Part shown: in pieces, positions 54,646 through 64,000 of the stretch
Position numbering within the stretch: the first letter of the stretch is position 1
Layout of the letters: each line of letters starts with the position of its first letter
NCBI GenBank assembly: GCA_963782055.1
Contig: CAWAIF010000003.1
Location: forward strand, 6,880,001-6,944,000
DNA from: an uncultured delta proteobacterium
GTDB taxonomy: Bacteria > Myxococcota_A > Polyangia > Polyangiales > Polyangiaceae
Reading direction: 5' to 3'
Length of the DNA stretch: 64,000 nucleotides
Position numbers and translations under genes: made by a program
Notes under the pieces: generated by a model
What the model was told of the DNA's origin: nothing
Seen by the model: the letters and a program-made list of their open reading frames with translations, nothing else
Databases searched by the model: none

Positions 54646-54646
54646 C

Positions 54647-55012
54647 TCACGCCACTCTTCGGTGCGGTCCACTCTCGTCCGCCTCGTCGACGCACTCCTC
54701 GACGGGCGGGACGGTGGCATGGGGAGCGACAGGCGTCGGGAAGGCGCGGATGAACTCGCCATGCCGTTCGGCGGATTGCTTCCTCGAGTGAAATATGATC
54801 ACGAGCGGTCCCCCTGCCGCGCTCTGCAGCTCGGCGCGGTGCGCGGCGATCATGCGGCGGAGGCGTGACTGATCCGTCGGGTCGGCGTTGAAGACCTGGA
54901 GCGTGCGCTCCCGACCGTCATAGTCGCCGACGAGCCGTTCCGGAGGAACCCATCGCACCGGTCGGCCCTCGACGAGCCTGGAAACGAAGAAGGGCACGTG
55001 CTCGCGATTCAT
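54647..55012 (-). CDS. Hypothetical HEPN partner protein
   Basis: Coupled to HEPN (TGATG); paralogue at 30578..30865. Confidence 0.75.
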   Translation of the reverse strand: MNREHVPFFVSRLVEGRPVRWVPPERLVGDYDGRERTLQVFNADPTDQSRLRRMIAAHRAELQSAAGGPLVIIFHSRKQSAERHGEFIRAFPTPVAPHATVPPVEECVDEADESGPHRRVA

Positions 55013-55395
55013 CAGAGAAGCTCCTCCACAAGTGCCTTCGCGAGCCCGGCGGCACGATCGGCCTCCTCACGCTCCACCGGGTCGTCGTGGTAGTCCGCCT
55101 TGATCCGCAGCGCGTAAAGGTCTTCGAGGTCGAGAGCCCTGTCTTGCGTGAGGATGCGGGACCCCACGGCGTCGTCGGGCAACGTGTCGTGCCGGTAGTA
55201 GCCCTTCTCGGAGGTGAACGCGACATCCCGAGCCTGCGCGACGTGGGCGACCGCGTGGTACGCGGCGTAGTAGGCGCGGTTCGCCACCGCGTTCGCGAGA
55301 CAGTCGCGAACGCCATCGTCGTCGGGGAGCAGTCGGTCGACGGCCTCCAGGTTCTCCCGAGCCTTCTCGTCGAACTCCATCGGTGCCGCCGTCAT
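55012..55395 (-). CDS. HEPN domain protein
   Basis: KARENLEA..ANRAYYAAYHA..H..LRIKADY. Confidence 0.85.
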   Translation of the reverse strand: MTAAPMEFDEKARENLEAVDRLLPDDDGVRDCLANAVANRAYYAAYHAVAHVAQARDVAFTSEKGYYRHDTLPDDAVGSRILTQDRALDLEDLYALRIKADYHDDPVEREEADRAAGLAKALVEELL

Positions 55396-55426
55396 GGTCC
55401 CCCACATTCTAGCTCGGCGCGCAGCA

Positions 55427-58400
55427 TCAGGGTGCCTCCGCTTTCCTCGTGGACTTCTTGGTGCGAGACGACGCTCTCTTCGCTGGGCGAAAAGCGCGGA
55501 GGTCGTCCTCGGTGAGGCCGAGCTCGCGCATCTGGCCCTGGAGGAAGCCCTCGAAGTAGTCCCCGAGGCGGAGGCCGTCGAACTCGGCGTTCGGCTCATT
55601 GTGCCACTGCTTGATCCAGGGGAGCAGCTCCAGGATGCCGGCGAGCATCGGGAGCAGGCGCTCCTTGGTCCAGCCCTCGCAATCCTTGCGATCGTTGTAG
55701 AGCGCGGCGAGGGCCTGAGCCTGCTCCAGGTGGTTCCACCCGGCCCATCCGTAGACCGGCTCCTTGTCCTCGTCGCTCTCGCAGCCGGGGTAGCTGATGA
55801 AGCGCTCCTTCGGCACGTCCAGCTTGCCGCGGAGGCGCCAGCAGGTGGCGTCGCGGTAGTCCTTCTGGTCGTACTTGGGCGGGACGGGCATCTCGCCGAC
55901 CTTCTCGCCGGCGTCTTCGCGGCGCTGGAGCTCCCAGGTGTCCTGCCACTCCGCGTGCTTCTCTAACCCGGCGTCGGTGAAGCGGTAGGCGGCGAGGAAG
56001 GGAACGGCGTCGTCTTGAATCGAGGCGCGGAGGGCAACGCCAGGATCGGCAACGGGGAGGATGCTGGAACGACTGGCGTCGGCGAGAAACGTCCGTTCCA
56101 GGCCGCGTACGCTCTCGCAGGTGCCTCGCGCACGGCACGCTTCTTCGGCAAGACCAAGCACCGCCTCGCGACGTGCAGCGTCAACGGCGCCCGGCCAGTC
56201 GGTGATACCCCACCTTCTCTTGTAAGAGGGCTGCTCAACCAGCTGCACCTCCGGCGGCAGCGAGACTGGGGGCCGTTGTCCCTCCGATGGGGAAGGCATC
56301 GAGTAGCCCTGGCGCGCGAACCATGCCGTGCCGGGCCGCTCACGCGCTAGCTGCTGTTCGAACCAACGATGCCCTGGCTCGATCGCTGACGGCTGGGCTT
56401 CGGGAATAGCAGCGAGTCCGAACAAGGCATAGACCTCGAAGTCAATCCGTTCCTGGAGCGCCACCATGCGTCGCAGTACGATACCTTCCTGCGCCTGGGC
56501 TTGCGCCGCGCTCCCTTGGTCGCCGTCGTGCCGAGCATCTAGACGCCGTTCGAAGAGAGCGGACGGAGCCAACGCGGCGCGCTCCGACGCAAGAGCGAGC
56601 ATTTCGGAAGCGAGCGGAACGAGACGCGTCAGCCCGTTTGGAATCGGGATCGTCGCGAGCTTTGTCCCGTCGAACTCGAAGCGAGACTCCCAGCCCTCAT
56701 CTTGAATACCCCGCCCAATGCCGCTGCCGCCCTTGTTCATCATGACCTGCTTCATCCAGAAGCACGCGGTGGAGCTGTTGAGGTAGGCGAGGAGGGCCAG
56801 GTGGTCGTCTTCCGTCGCGCCCTCGGGCAGCTTGATGATCGGGGCCGACCGGTTGAACACCTTGCCGCCGCGGTCGAGCACGAAGTGGTTGTGCGTCGCG
56901 ACGAAGGCGAAGGTGATCGAGAGCGGTGTTCGCAGCTTGTTTGAGTACAGCTCCTGGAGTTCGTACCAGCTAAGTCCACGGACGAGCATCGGCACACCGA
57001 ATCTCTTCCTGCGAGAGATCAGCGCTCGGTACCGCCACAAGTACCTTAGTTCGCTGGTGAGCTTGTCCGGCGCGAGCAGCGTGAAGTCCTCCGAAAAAGG
57101 AAAGACACATTCGCCTGCGCTCGCCAGCGCCCAGTCGCGCACGAATTCGCCGGTTACCAGCGGCACCGTTCGACCAACGCGCAGACGGCGGGCAGCCTCA
57201 GCCGGCAACACATACACATCGTCCTCGCCGGTGACGCATGAGATGCCAACGCTGTCGGCAATGTCAGCTAGCGTCTTCTCTGCCCGCTCCTCCAGAAGCT
57301 CTTTGAGCTCGCTCGCCCCGCCGCCGCCGAGGCTCCACGGGTGCTTCGCCAGCGTGTCGCGATCGATCTCAGCGACGGTGATGTACTCGTTGTCGAAGCC
57401 GACCTCGTCACCGTGGTCGACGATGCTTCTCCAGACCAGCCCGCGCGCCGGCTCCTCCGGCGTGCTCGGTTCGCCTCGGTTCGCCAGGATCGCATGCACG
57501 GTCGTTGCCTGCGGCGCCTCCGTCGTACCGAAGAGCAGCACGGTGGGCGTGCCGTGCCCGGGGATGTAGGCGCCGGAGGTGTTCTCCACGCGGGTGAGGT
57601 TCCAGCCCGGGAGCACCTCCTCGATGAGCTTCTTGCCGAACTCCCTCTTCATGAAGGAGTTCGCAGTGATCATCCCTACGAAGGCTCCCTTCTTCCCGAG
57701 CTGAAAGAAGCGCTCGGTGAACGGGGCGGCGAGGGAGTACTTCCCCGCGGCGCTCGCGTACGCGACGCGGTACTTCTCTCGCAGCACGGGGTCCTTGCAG
57801 GTGATGTACGGCGGATTGCCTACGACGGCGGCGTACTGCCTCTGCAGCACCTCCCGCGCCGCTTTCGGATCCTCCAGCCGATAGAGGTGCCCATGCCACG
57901 CCTCCAGCTCCTGGCCTTCCTGGTGGGCGAGGTCGAGCTGCTTGGCCTGCGGGTTGTACAGAAGCGAGTCGGCGACGACGAGGTGCAGCGGGAGCGCCGG
58001 CGCCCCGGCGAGCCTGGAGAAGCCCGCCTTCTGGAGCGCCGCCAGGGTGAGCCGCAGGCGCGCGATGGCGACGGCGAAGGGGTTGATATCCGCGCCGGAC
58101 ACGGCGTCCAGCGCCTTGCGCACGGCCTCGCGCTCGCTCGTGTCCGGCTCCTGCCGGCGGCGGTGCTCGTAGAGCCGCTCGAAGGCGCCGAGCAGGAAGT
58201 GCCCGCTGCCGCAGGTCGGGTCGATGAGCGTGGTGTCGTCCAGGCCGAAGCGCGCGATCGCCGGCTCCAGGGTGCCGTCCAGGATGTAGCTCTCGACGAA
58301 CCCCGGCGTCTGGAGCAGGGCGAAGCGCTTGCGGACGGCCTCGTCCAGGTCCTGGTACAGATCGCCGAGGAAGCGGGTGTCCGGCTGGCCGAAGCGGAAG

Positions 58401-58951
58401 GCCGGCGCGTCGGCGCTCGGCGCGCGGAAGAGGGCGAGCAGCGCCTTGGCCGCGTCCGCGGAGGGCGCCAGCAGCCAGACGGGGTTGTGCGCGCCGTCGA
58501 AGAGGGCGCGGGTCGCGGGGAAGCGGGAGAGCTCCCGGAAGACGGTGAGCAGGTAGTCGCGCTCGGTGAGGGAGGGCGCGAGCTCGAAGAAGAGCCGCTG
58601 GCTATCCTGCGCGCCCGGGCCGGCGATGCGCGGGTGGCCGAGCAGGTTGCGGTCCTCCAGGGTGCGCACGAAGACGCAGGAGAGGAGCCACGCGGCGGCC
58701 ACCTGCTCGATGAAGTGCCCGCGCCACTCGGCGAAGCTGTCACCGGTGCGCCCGGCGTCCCGCTCGCGTGCGTGGGTCGTCGCGAGCGCCGCTCGCACTG
58801 CGGGCGACGCCTCGGAGCGATCGTGAAGGTCGGTCTTCAGCAGCGCGAGCACCGGCCGAGTCGCGGCGAGGAAGGCCGCGCTGTCGAGCGGAGCGTGGGG
58901 ATCGGCCTGCGCTGTGAGCTCCGTCGTCTTCGTCTTGCGCCTCGAGGCCAT
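55427..58951 (-). CDS. pglX: BREX-2 adenine DNA methyltransferase PglX
   Basis: [48 protein letters not shown]. Confidence 0.95.
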   Translation of the reverse strand: MASRRKTKTTELTAQADPHAPLDSAAFLAATRPVLALLKTDLHDRSEASPAVRAALATTHARERDAGRTGDSFAEWRGHFIEQVAAAWLLSCVFVRTLEDRNLLGHPRIAGPGAQDSQRLFFELAPSLTERDYLLTVFRELSRFPATRALFDGAHNPVWLLAPSADAAKALLALFRAPSADAPAFRFGQPDTRFLGDLYQDLDEAVRKRFALLQTPGFVESYILDGTLEPAIARFGLDDTTLIDPTCGSGHFLLGAFERLYEHRRRQEPDTSEREAVRKALDAVSGADINPFAVAIARLRLTLAALQKAGFSRLAGAPALPLHLVVADSLLYNPQAKQLDLAHQEGQELEAWHGHLYRLEDPKAAREVLQRQYAAVVGNPPYITCKDPVLREKYRVAYASAAGKYSLAAPFTERFFQLGKKGAFVGMITANSFMKREFGKKLIEEVLPGWNLTRVENTSGAYIPGHGTPTVLLFGTTEAPQATTVHAILANRGEPSTPEEPARGLVWRSIVDHGDEVGFDNEYITVAEIDRDTLAKHPWSLGGGGASELKELLEERAEKTLADIADSVGISCVTGEDDVYVLPAEAARRLRVGRTVPLVTGEFVRDWALASAGECVFPFSEDFTLLAPDKLTSELRYLWRYRALISRRKRFGVPMLVRGLSWYELQELYSNKLRTPLSITFAFVATHNHFVLDRGGKVFNRSAPIIKLPEGATEDDHLALLAYLNSSTACFWMKQVMMNKGGSGIGRGIQDEGWESRFEFDGTKLATIPIPNGLTRLVPLASEMLALASERAALAPSALFERRLDARHDGDQGSAAQAQAQEGIVLRRMVALQERIDFEVYALFGLAAIPEAQPSAIEPGHRWFEQQLARERPGTAWFARQGYSMPSPSEGQRPPVSLPPEVQLVEQPSYKRRWGITDWPGAVDAARREAVLGLAEEACRARGTCESVRGLERTFLADASRSSILPVADPGVALRASIQDDAVPFLAAYRFTDAGLEKHAEWQDTWELQRREDAGEKVGEMPVPPKYDQKDYRDATCWRLRGKLDVPKERFISYPGCESDEDKEPVYGWAGWNHLEQAQALAALYNDRKDCEGWTKERLLPMLAGILELLPWIKQWHNEPNAEFDGLRLGDYFEGFLQGQMRELGLTEDDLRAFRPAKRASSRTKKSTRKAEAP

Positions 58952-58975
58952 CAATCCTTCCGTCTCTCTTTCCGC

Positions 58976-61900
58976 TCAGCCGGCCGCGTCGTGCTTGCTC
59001 GCCGCGGTGACCCAGGTGTCGGGCATCCACATGGACTTGGCCCCCGCGACGGACCAGCCCGGCAGGTGCGGGACACCGCCAACGTCGCGGGAGGGGACGA
59101 CCACGAAGATCGCCGGGGCGTCCTCCTCGTCAGCGGCCGCGCGCAGCCGCTCGCTGAAGCTGTCGAGCTGGTAGCGGGCGAAGAGCCCCGGCTGCGCGAG
59201 CACGAGCGGGGTCCTGGGGGGAAGCAGCGCGTCGGCGACAAGGTCCGCCGCGTCTCTCGCCAGCTTCCGGAGCAGCGCCCACGTGTCGGGCGCGAGATCG
59301 GCCTCCGCGTCCGCCTTCTGGATCGCGGCGTCGTCGACCTCGTCCTTCGCCTGCAGGACGCGCATCTGCTCGATGAGCTCCCGGCTGATGTCGATGGGGG
59401 TCACCCCGAGCCTGGTGGCGAGGGCGAGGGTGGCTTCCTCCGCGCGGGCGGTGCGGACGCCCACTACGCGCAGGCCGCCGCGCTCCAGCGCGTTGCGCAG
59501 CCGGTCGTCGAAGTCGGCGGCGTGCTCGTCGATGCCCTTCGGTAACGAGGAAAAGCTCGTCCCGAAGGAGGTGCCGGGCTCACGCTCGTCGGGGCGATGA
59601 AAGACGAGACCGTCGAAGGCGAGGCCGTGGGGCTCCAGGAGCGCGTCCAGGGCGGGCCGGGGAGGTACGGGCTCCGCCTCGGGGTAGCGCGCCGCCACGC
59701 GGGCGGCGACGGCCTCCGGCGTGAGCTTGCCGCGGAGCAGCGGGGCGCAGAGGACGATGGCGCGCGCGGCGGGCAGTCCCTTCCGGTAGATCTCTTGCCG
59801 GGTCGAGCACGCCGCGTGCGCGCTCACGTCGGTTCCAAGGCGCGCGAGGACGTCGGCGCCCAGGCTCGCGAAGGGAGAGTCCTTCGCCGCTTCGACGAGG
59901 ACCCGCGCGACCTCCCCCCACGAGGCCAGCACATCGCGATCGGCGAGGGCGTCGCACGCGGTCCCGAGCGCGCGGAGCGCGGCGGCGTGCGCCTCGCTGG
60001 CGACAATCCACGGTCGATCGTGGATGCGCACGTAGAGCAGGCCCTCCGGCGCCTCCTTCTCGACCTCGGTGACGATGCGCACCAGCGCGGCGGCCCGCGC
60101 GAGGCTCAGCTCGGGCGGTGCGGCGCGGTCGTACGCGACACGCGCGAGGAGCGAGCTCGCGGCCTTCTCCAGCGTCAGCGCTCCCGCTCCTTCATCCAGC
60201 ACGCCCCGCACCAGGGCCCTGAGCTCGGCGATGGAAGCGTGCTTCTCCCAGAGGGGACGGTACTCGCTCAGAGCCAAGTAGACGTTGGCGCGGGTCACAT
60301 CGTGGTGGGTGGCGACCTCCGCGGCGCTCACGTCCAGTCGGCCCAGGAAGGGCTCGGCGAGACCGTAGACGGAGAGCACGTACTTCGCGCGCTTCTTCGC
60401 GGGCGAGAGCAGCACGTCCACCCAGCCCTCGATGGTGCTCGGGTGGGCGCGCTTGGCGGCGGCTCCGTTCTCCTTGGTGAGCAGCGCGTGCACGGCGGCG
60501 GCGTCGAACCCGTGACGCTCGGCGAGCTGCGTCACCGTCGCGGCGGGCGCGCCGGCAATCGCCCGGAGGGTACGGAGGCCCGCGTCGTTCAGCACGGTCG
60601 CCGCGAGGGGCTCGACGCCGAGCGTGCTGATGAGCAGGTCCTCGCCGCGGAAGCCCGCGAAGAAGGGCTCGACCGCCGCCGGCTCCAGCGGCGCGACCGC
60701 CGTCCAGACCGCCCGGAACTCCAAGATCTCCTTGGCGACGCGCGTCCCCACCCCGCGCACCGCAGAGAGGCGGTTGTCGGGCAGGGAAAGGAGGTCGCCG
60801 GCCACGGCGGCGCCGGCGCGGTCGAGGGCGTTGCGCGCGCGGGTGGAGAGAGGGAGCTGCTCGAGCGGTGCGGAAGGCCCGATCGCACGAAGCACCGCCT
60901 CGGACCACTCTTCGCGCGTGCCCGACTCGGTAGCGAGCACCTCCTCGGAGGTGGCGACCGCCGGGCGCGTCGCCGCGGGATGCTCCGACTCCGCACGGAA
61001 GACGCGTTCCCACGCCTGCCGCATCTGCTTCGCGCTCTCGAAGCGATGCTCGAGGTCGCGAGCGAGGGCTCGGGCGAAGAACCTGGAGAGGGGCTCGCGG
61101 CACGACGGGTCGAAGCGTTCCGCGGCGACGACGACCTCGGCGTCCGGATCCAGGTGGCTCTTGCCCTCGGCGAGGGTGGGCCGGACGCCGGTCAGCATCT
61201 CGTGGAGGGTGACCGCGGCGCTGTAGCGGTCTGCGGCGGGGTCCCACTTCCCGCGCAGGGAGAGGAAGGGATCGCGGTACGCGGTGGTCCCGACGTGAAG
61301 GTCCGAGGGCGCCGCGCGGACGAGGGAGAAGTCGAAGAGGGTGAGGCGGACGTCCTTCTTGGTCGTGGTCCCGACACCGAGGTTCGCCGGCTTGATGTCG
61401 CGGTGGACGATGCCCTCTTCCTGCAGGTACTCCAGCGCGCTGAGCAGGTCTTCCCCGAAGCGCGCCGCGTAGTCGAGGGACACCGGGCCCTCGGTGGCGA
61501 GGTAGGACTGCAGCGTCTTGGTGCCGGCGAGGGAGAGCAGCAGACACTCCCGCCCCCCGATGGTGCGCCGGTCCACGAGCTGCGTGATCCGCGGGTGCCG
61601 CAGCTTCGCGAGGGCCTCGCCTTCCTCGCGCAGGCGCTCGTCGTGCTCCTCGGAGAGGCTCACCTTGAGCGCGTAGGTCGCGGTGTCCTTCTCGCGCAGG
61701 ACCTGGAGGACGCGACTGGTCGCGCCGTGGCCGAGCACGCCCTCGACGAGCAGGTCGCCGCCCACCCATTCGTCCTTCCGGGCTTCCAGCGGGTCCACTT
61801 CGCTCGGCGGGGCAGCGGGCACGGGCTGGGCCTCGGTCGCGAGGAGCTCGACCCAAGTCACCAGATCGTCCGCGCGGAGCGCCGGCGTGCGGGCGGTGGC

Positions 61901-63274
61901 CTCGCGCACCAGCTCAGCGACGCCGTCGGGCAGGTAGTCGACCGCCGCGCTCGGATCGAGGTTGCCGTCACGCACCAGGCGCGCGTCCATCTCGGCGAGG
62001 GTCAATCCGGGGGCCCTCCCGGTGAGGGCGAAGTACGCGACGGCACCCAGGCTGAAGGTATCGGTGAGCTCGCTGCCGCGCGTCGGGTCCTCGCGAAGCT
62101 CGGGCGCCTGGTACAGCGACCAGAACTCGCCGGCGAGCTGGGACCAGTGCACGGTGGCGCTCGCCCGATCGCCCTCGGCGAGCTGGAAGTTGAAGAGCCG
62201 CGTGTCGATGCGCCCGTCGTCCGGATGACGGCGGACCAGGACGGCGTCGGGGCTCAGCGCGCGGTGCACCACGCCCTTGCCGTGGCAGAAGCAAAGCGCG
62301 CGACCCACCTGACACACGATGGCGGCGCGCTCCTCCACGCTCAGGCTCGCCTCCTGGCGCAGGAACGCCGGGAGGGGGATCCCGCCGGCGAAGTCGTCGA
62401 AGAGGACCGTGGGGCCCAGCGGCGCGTCGGTCTCGTGGTCGATGAAGGAGAGGATGTTCGGGTGCTCGCGCAGGCCGTAGAGGAGCTGCGCCTCGCGCTC
62501 GGCGGCGCGGCGAAGCTGCTGCCGGCGCTCCACGCTGGTCTGCTGCGGCACCAGGTAGACGCGCGCGCGCCGACGCATCCCTTCGAGGGTACGGTGCTCG
62601 GCCGCGCGATCCTGGAAGCCGGGCCCCTCGAGCAGCACCTGGCCGAGCGCGTACTGGCCGGCGTAGGTCTGGCCCTTGCGGCGCTGCAGGCCGATGGCCG
62701 CCATCGCCTGGACGATGTCGCGCATCTGCGGCGCGTTGATGCGAGGGGGCTTCTGGTTGGGGTTCGCGCCGACGAACTGGTGCTGCACGAGCGCGTCGCG
62801 CAACGTCGACCGGGTCACCACCCGCACCTCGCCACCGTCACGCAGATCGATCTGCAGCTCGTCCTCGGGCGCGCTCAGGAACACCAGCGCCTCGATCCAC
62901 GGCGCGCGGTGCGCCTGCATCTTCTTCTCGAGCCGGCTCTTGAGGACCTTCGCCTTGTGGTTGGTGAGGCGAAGCGGCGGATCCATGTAGCGAGGCTTGC
63001 CTCCGTCGGGAGGGAAGCGGTGCCAGTCGACGCTGTCCCCGGCGTAGCGGCCCGGGCCGCTCTTGACCTCGATCAGGTAGAGCGCCGAGTACCCGAGGAC
63101 GATGAGATCGATCTCGTAGAGGCGCCCCGTCGGAGGGTCGATAAGGTCGCACAGCGCCCACAGGTGATACGGATCGGTGTTCGGGAGCTGCTGGCCGACG
63201 AAGTCGATCGCCGCGCGCTCGTGGGCATGAGGGGTCTCGCCCTGCTCGACGATGCGTGACTTCTCCAGCGCCAT
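58976..63274 (-). CDS. pglW: BREX-2 PglW (NERD + pseudokinase + Ser/Thr kinase + RNAP alpha-CTD-like)
   Basis: EIDL..IEVKS; HRALSPDAV; HRDIKPAN, LFDFSL; LSTRARNALDRAG. Confidence 0.93.
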   Translation of the reverse strand: MALEKSRIVEQGETPHAHERAAIDFVGQQLPNTDPYHLWALCDLIDPPTGRLYEIDLIVLGYSALYLIEVKSGPGRYAGDSVDWHRFPPDGGKPRYMDPPLRLTNHKAKVLKSRLEKKMQAHRAPWIEALVFLSAPEDELQIDLRDGGEVRVVTRSTLRDALVQHQFVGANPNQKPPRINAPQMRDIVQAMAAIGLQRRKGQTYAGQYALGQVLLEGPGFQDRAAEHRTLEGMRRRARVYLVPQQTSVERRQQLRRAAEREAQLLYGLREHPNILSFIDHETDAPLGPTVLFDDFAGGIPLPAFLRQEASLSVEERAAIVCQVGRALCFCHGKGVVHRALSPDAVLVRRHPDDGRIDTRLFNFQLAEGDRASATVHWSQLAGEFWSLYQAPELREDPTRGSELTDTFSLGAVAYFALTGRAPGLTLAEMDARLVRDGNLDPSAAVDYLPDGVAELVREATARTPALRADDLVTWVELLATEAQPVPAAPPSEVDPLEARKDEWVGGDLLVEGVLGHGATSRVLQVLREKDTATYALKVSLSEEHDERLREEGEALAKLRHPRITQLVDRRTIGGRECLLLSLAGTKTLQSYLATEGPVSLDYAARFGEDLLSALEYLQEEGIVHRDIKPANLGVGTTTKKDVRLTLFDFSLVRAAPSDLHVGTTAYRDPFLSLRGKWDPAADRYSAAVTLHEMLTGVRPTLAEGKSHLDPDAEVVVAAERFDPSCREPLSRFFARALARDLEHRFESAKQMRQAWERVFRAESEHPAATRPAVATSEEVLATESGTREEWSEAVLRAIGPSAPLEQLPLSTRARNALDRAGAAVAGDLLSLPDNRLSAVRGVGTRVAKEILEFRAVWTAVAPLEPAAVEPFFAGFRGEDLLISTLGVEPLAATVLNDAGLRTLRAIAGAPAATVTQLAERHGFDAAAVHALLTKENGAAAKRAHPSTIEGWVDVLLSPAKKRAKYVLSVYGLAEPFLGRLDVSAAEVATHHDVTRANVYLALSEYRPLWEKHASIAELRALVRGVLDEGAGALTLEKAASSLLARVAYDRAAPPELSLARAAALVRIVTEVEKEAPEGLLYVRIHDRPWIVASEAHAAALRALGTACDALADRDVLASWGEVARVLVEAAKDSPFASLGADVLARLGTDVSAHAACSTRQEIYRKGLPAARAIVLCAPLLRGKLTPEAVAARVAARYPEAEPVPPRPALDALLEPHGLAFDGLVFHRPDEREPGTSFGTSFSSLPKGIDEHAADFDDRLRNALERGGLRVVGVRTARAEEATLALATRLGVTPIDISRELIEQMRVLQAKDEVDDAAIQKADAEADLAPDTWALLRKLARDAADLVADALLPPRTPLVLAQPGLFARYQLDSFSERLRAAADEEDAPAIFVVVPSRDVGGVPHLPGWSVAGAKSMWMPDTWVTAASKHDAAG

Positions 63275-63282
63275 CTCCTCCG

Positions 63283-63981
63283 TCAGGCTCCCTGCGCGAG
63301 CGCGAGCGCCCAGCGCCGATCGTCGGTGGACGCGTCGTCGGACACCAGGGCGCGCCGGGGGGCCAGCGTCTCGACGGCTTCGTCGGCGGCGAGGACCCGA
63401 ACCGGCTGGTTCACGTTGAGCCAGGCCGGGGCGAGCGCGACGAGCTGGCGTGCTGCCGGCGGCGTCGCGACGGCGTAGACCTGGCGAAGCCACCCGAGAT
63501 CGCTGCTCTCCCCGAACGCCGCGAGCGCGCTCGCGATCGCGCTGGGCCCGGCGACGAGCAGCCTGTCCGTCGGACCGAGCGATCCGACGGAGAACGGGCT
63601 CAGCTTCGTCTCCCAGGCGGCGGCGACCGCGTCGAGCGCCGCGCCGAGCGTGGTAGGCGCGGGTTCGGCGGCGGTGGCGCGCCAGACCTCCTCGCCGTCG
63701 ACAGGATCGAGCGGCGCCCACTCCGCACCGAAGGGATCGTCCTCCGCCACGTCGTCCAGCCGGAACACCGCCCGCGCGCCCAGCGCCCCGGGCCACTCCG
63801 CGTTCGCGTCACGGATGAGCAGATCGATGCGATCGGAGGTGATGAGGTCCCCTCGAAGTGCGGCCCAGCGCGCGTCGGCCTCGGTGCCGAAGCGGCGTCC
63901 GGTGGGGCGGCGCTGCTCGACGAAGCGAAGCGCGCGGAGCGCTGCCCGGTAGTAGGCGAGAGCGTCGGAGGGCGACACCAT
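63283..63981 (-). CDS. Hypothetical protein co-oriented immediately upstream of pglW
   Basis: 232-aa ORF ending 8 bp before the pglW start. Confidence 0.7.
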   Translation of the reverse strand: MVSPSDALAYYRAALRALRFVEQRRPTGRRFGTEADARWAALRGDLITSDRIDLLIRDANAEWPGALGARAVFRLDDVAEDDPFGAEWAPLDPVDGEEVWRATAAEPAPTTLGAALDAVAAAWETKLSPFSVGSLGPTDRLLVAGPSAIASALAAFGESSDLGWLRQVYAVATPPAARQLVALAPAWLNVNQPVRVLAADEAVETLAPRRALVSDDASTDDRRWALALAQGA

Positions 63982-64000
63982 TGGAGTGTCGGCCAGGGTA

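Overview
High-GC window that looks myxobacterial (Polyangiaceae-like), judged from its Cys-rich lipoproteins, Ser/Thr kinase and sigma54 promoters. 1-15.7 kb holds core and surface genes: grpE-dnaK, a LeuA-like synthase, a hydrolase, a PAS hybrid kinase, a Ser/Thr kinase and Cys-rich lipoproteins, one apparently split by a ~370 bp inversion. 15.7-31.3 kb is an unusual array of five near-identical, co-oriented Uma2 (DUF820) nuclease modules plus one remnant. Each module carries the same sigma54-type promoter, a fixed-distance TGTCC-N2-GGACA palindrome (absent from the remnant) and a 14-codon leader ORF. The modules alternate with unrelated cargo: Sel1, ankyrin, lipoproteins, WYL/DUF2779, a TIGR04255 triplet and a HEPN module, which has the same promoter architecture. 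31.5-40.4 kb has secreted proteins, a response regulator, a transposase remnant, a broken NERD-helicase and tandem FGE-sulfatase paralogues. 40.6-64 kb is a defence island with a complete type 2 BREX/Pgl operon (pglW-X-Y-Z-brxD-brxHI) and a three-gene HEPN module inserted between pglX and pglY. Several single-base frameshifts may be sequencing errors. All calls come from reading motifs by eye; no searches were run.
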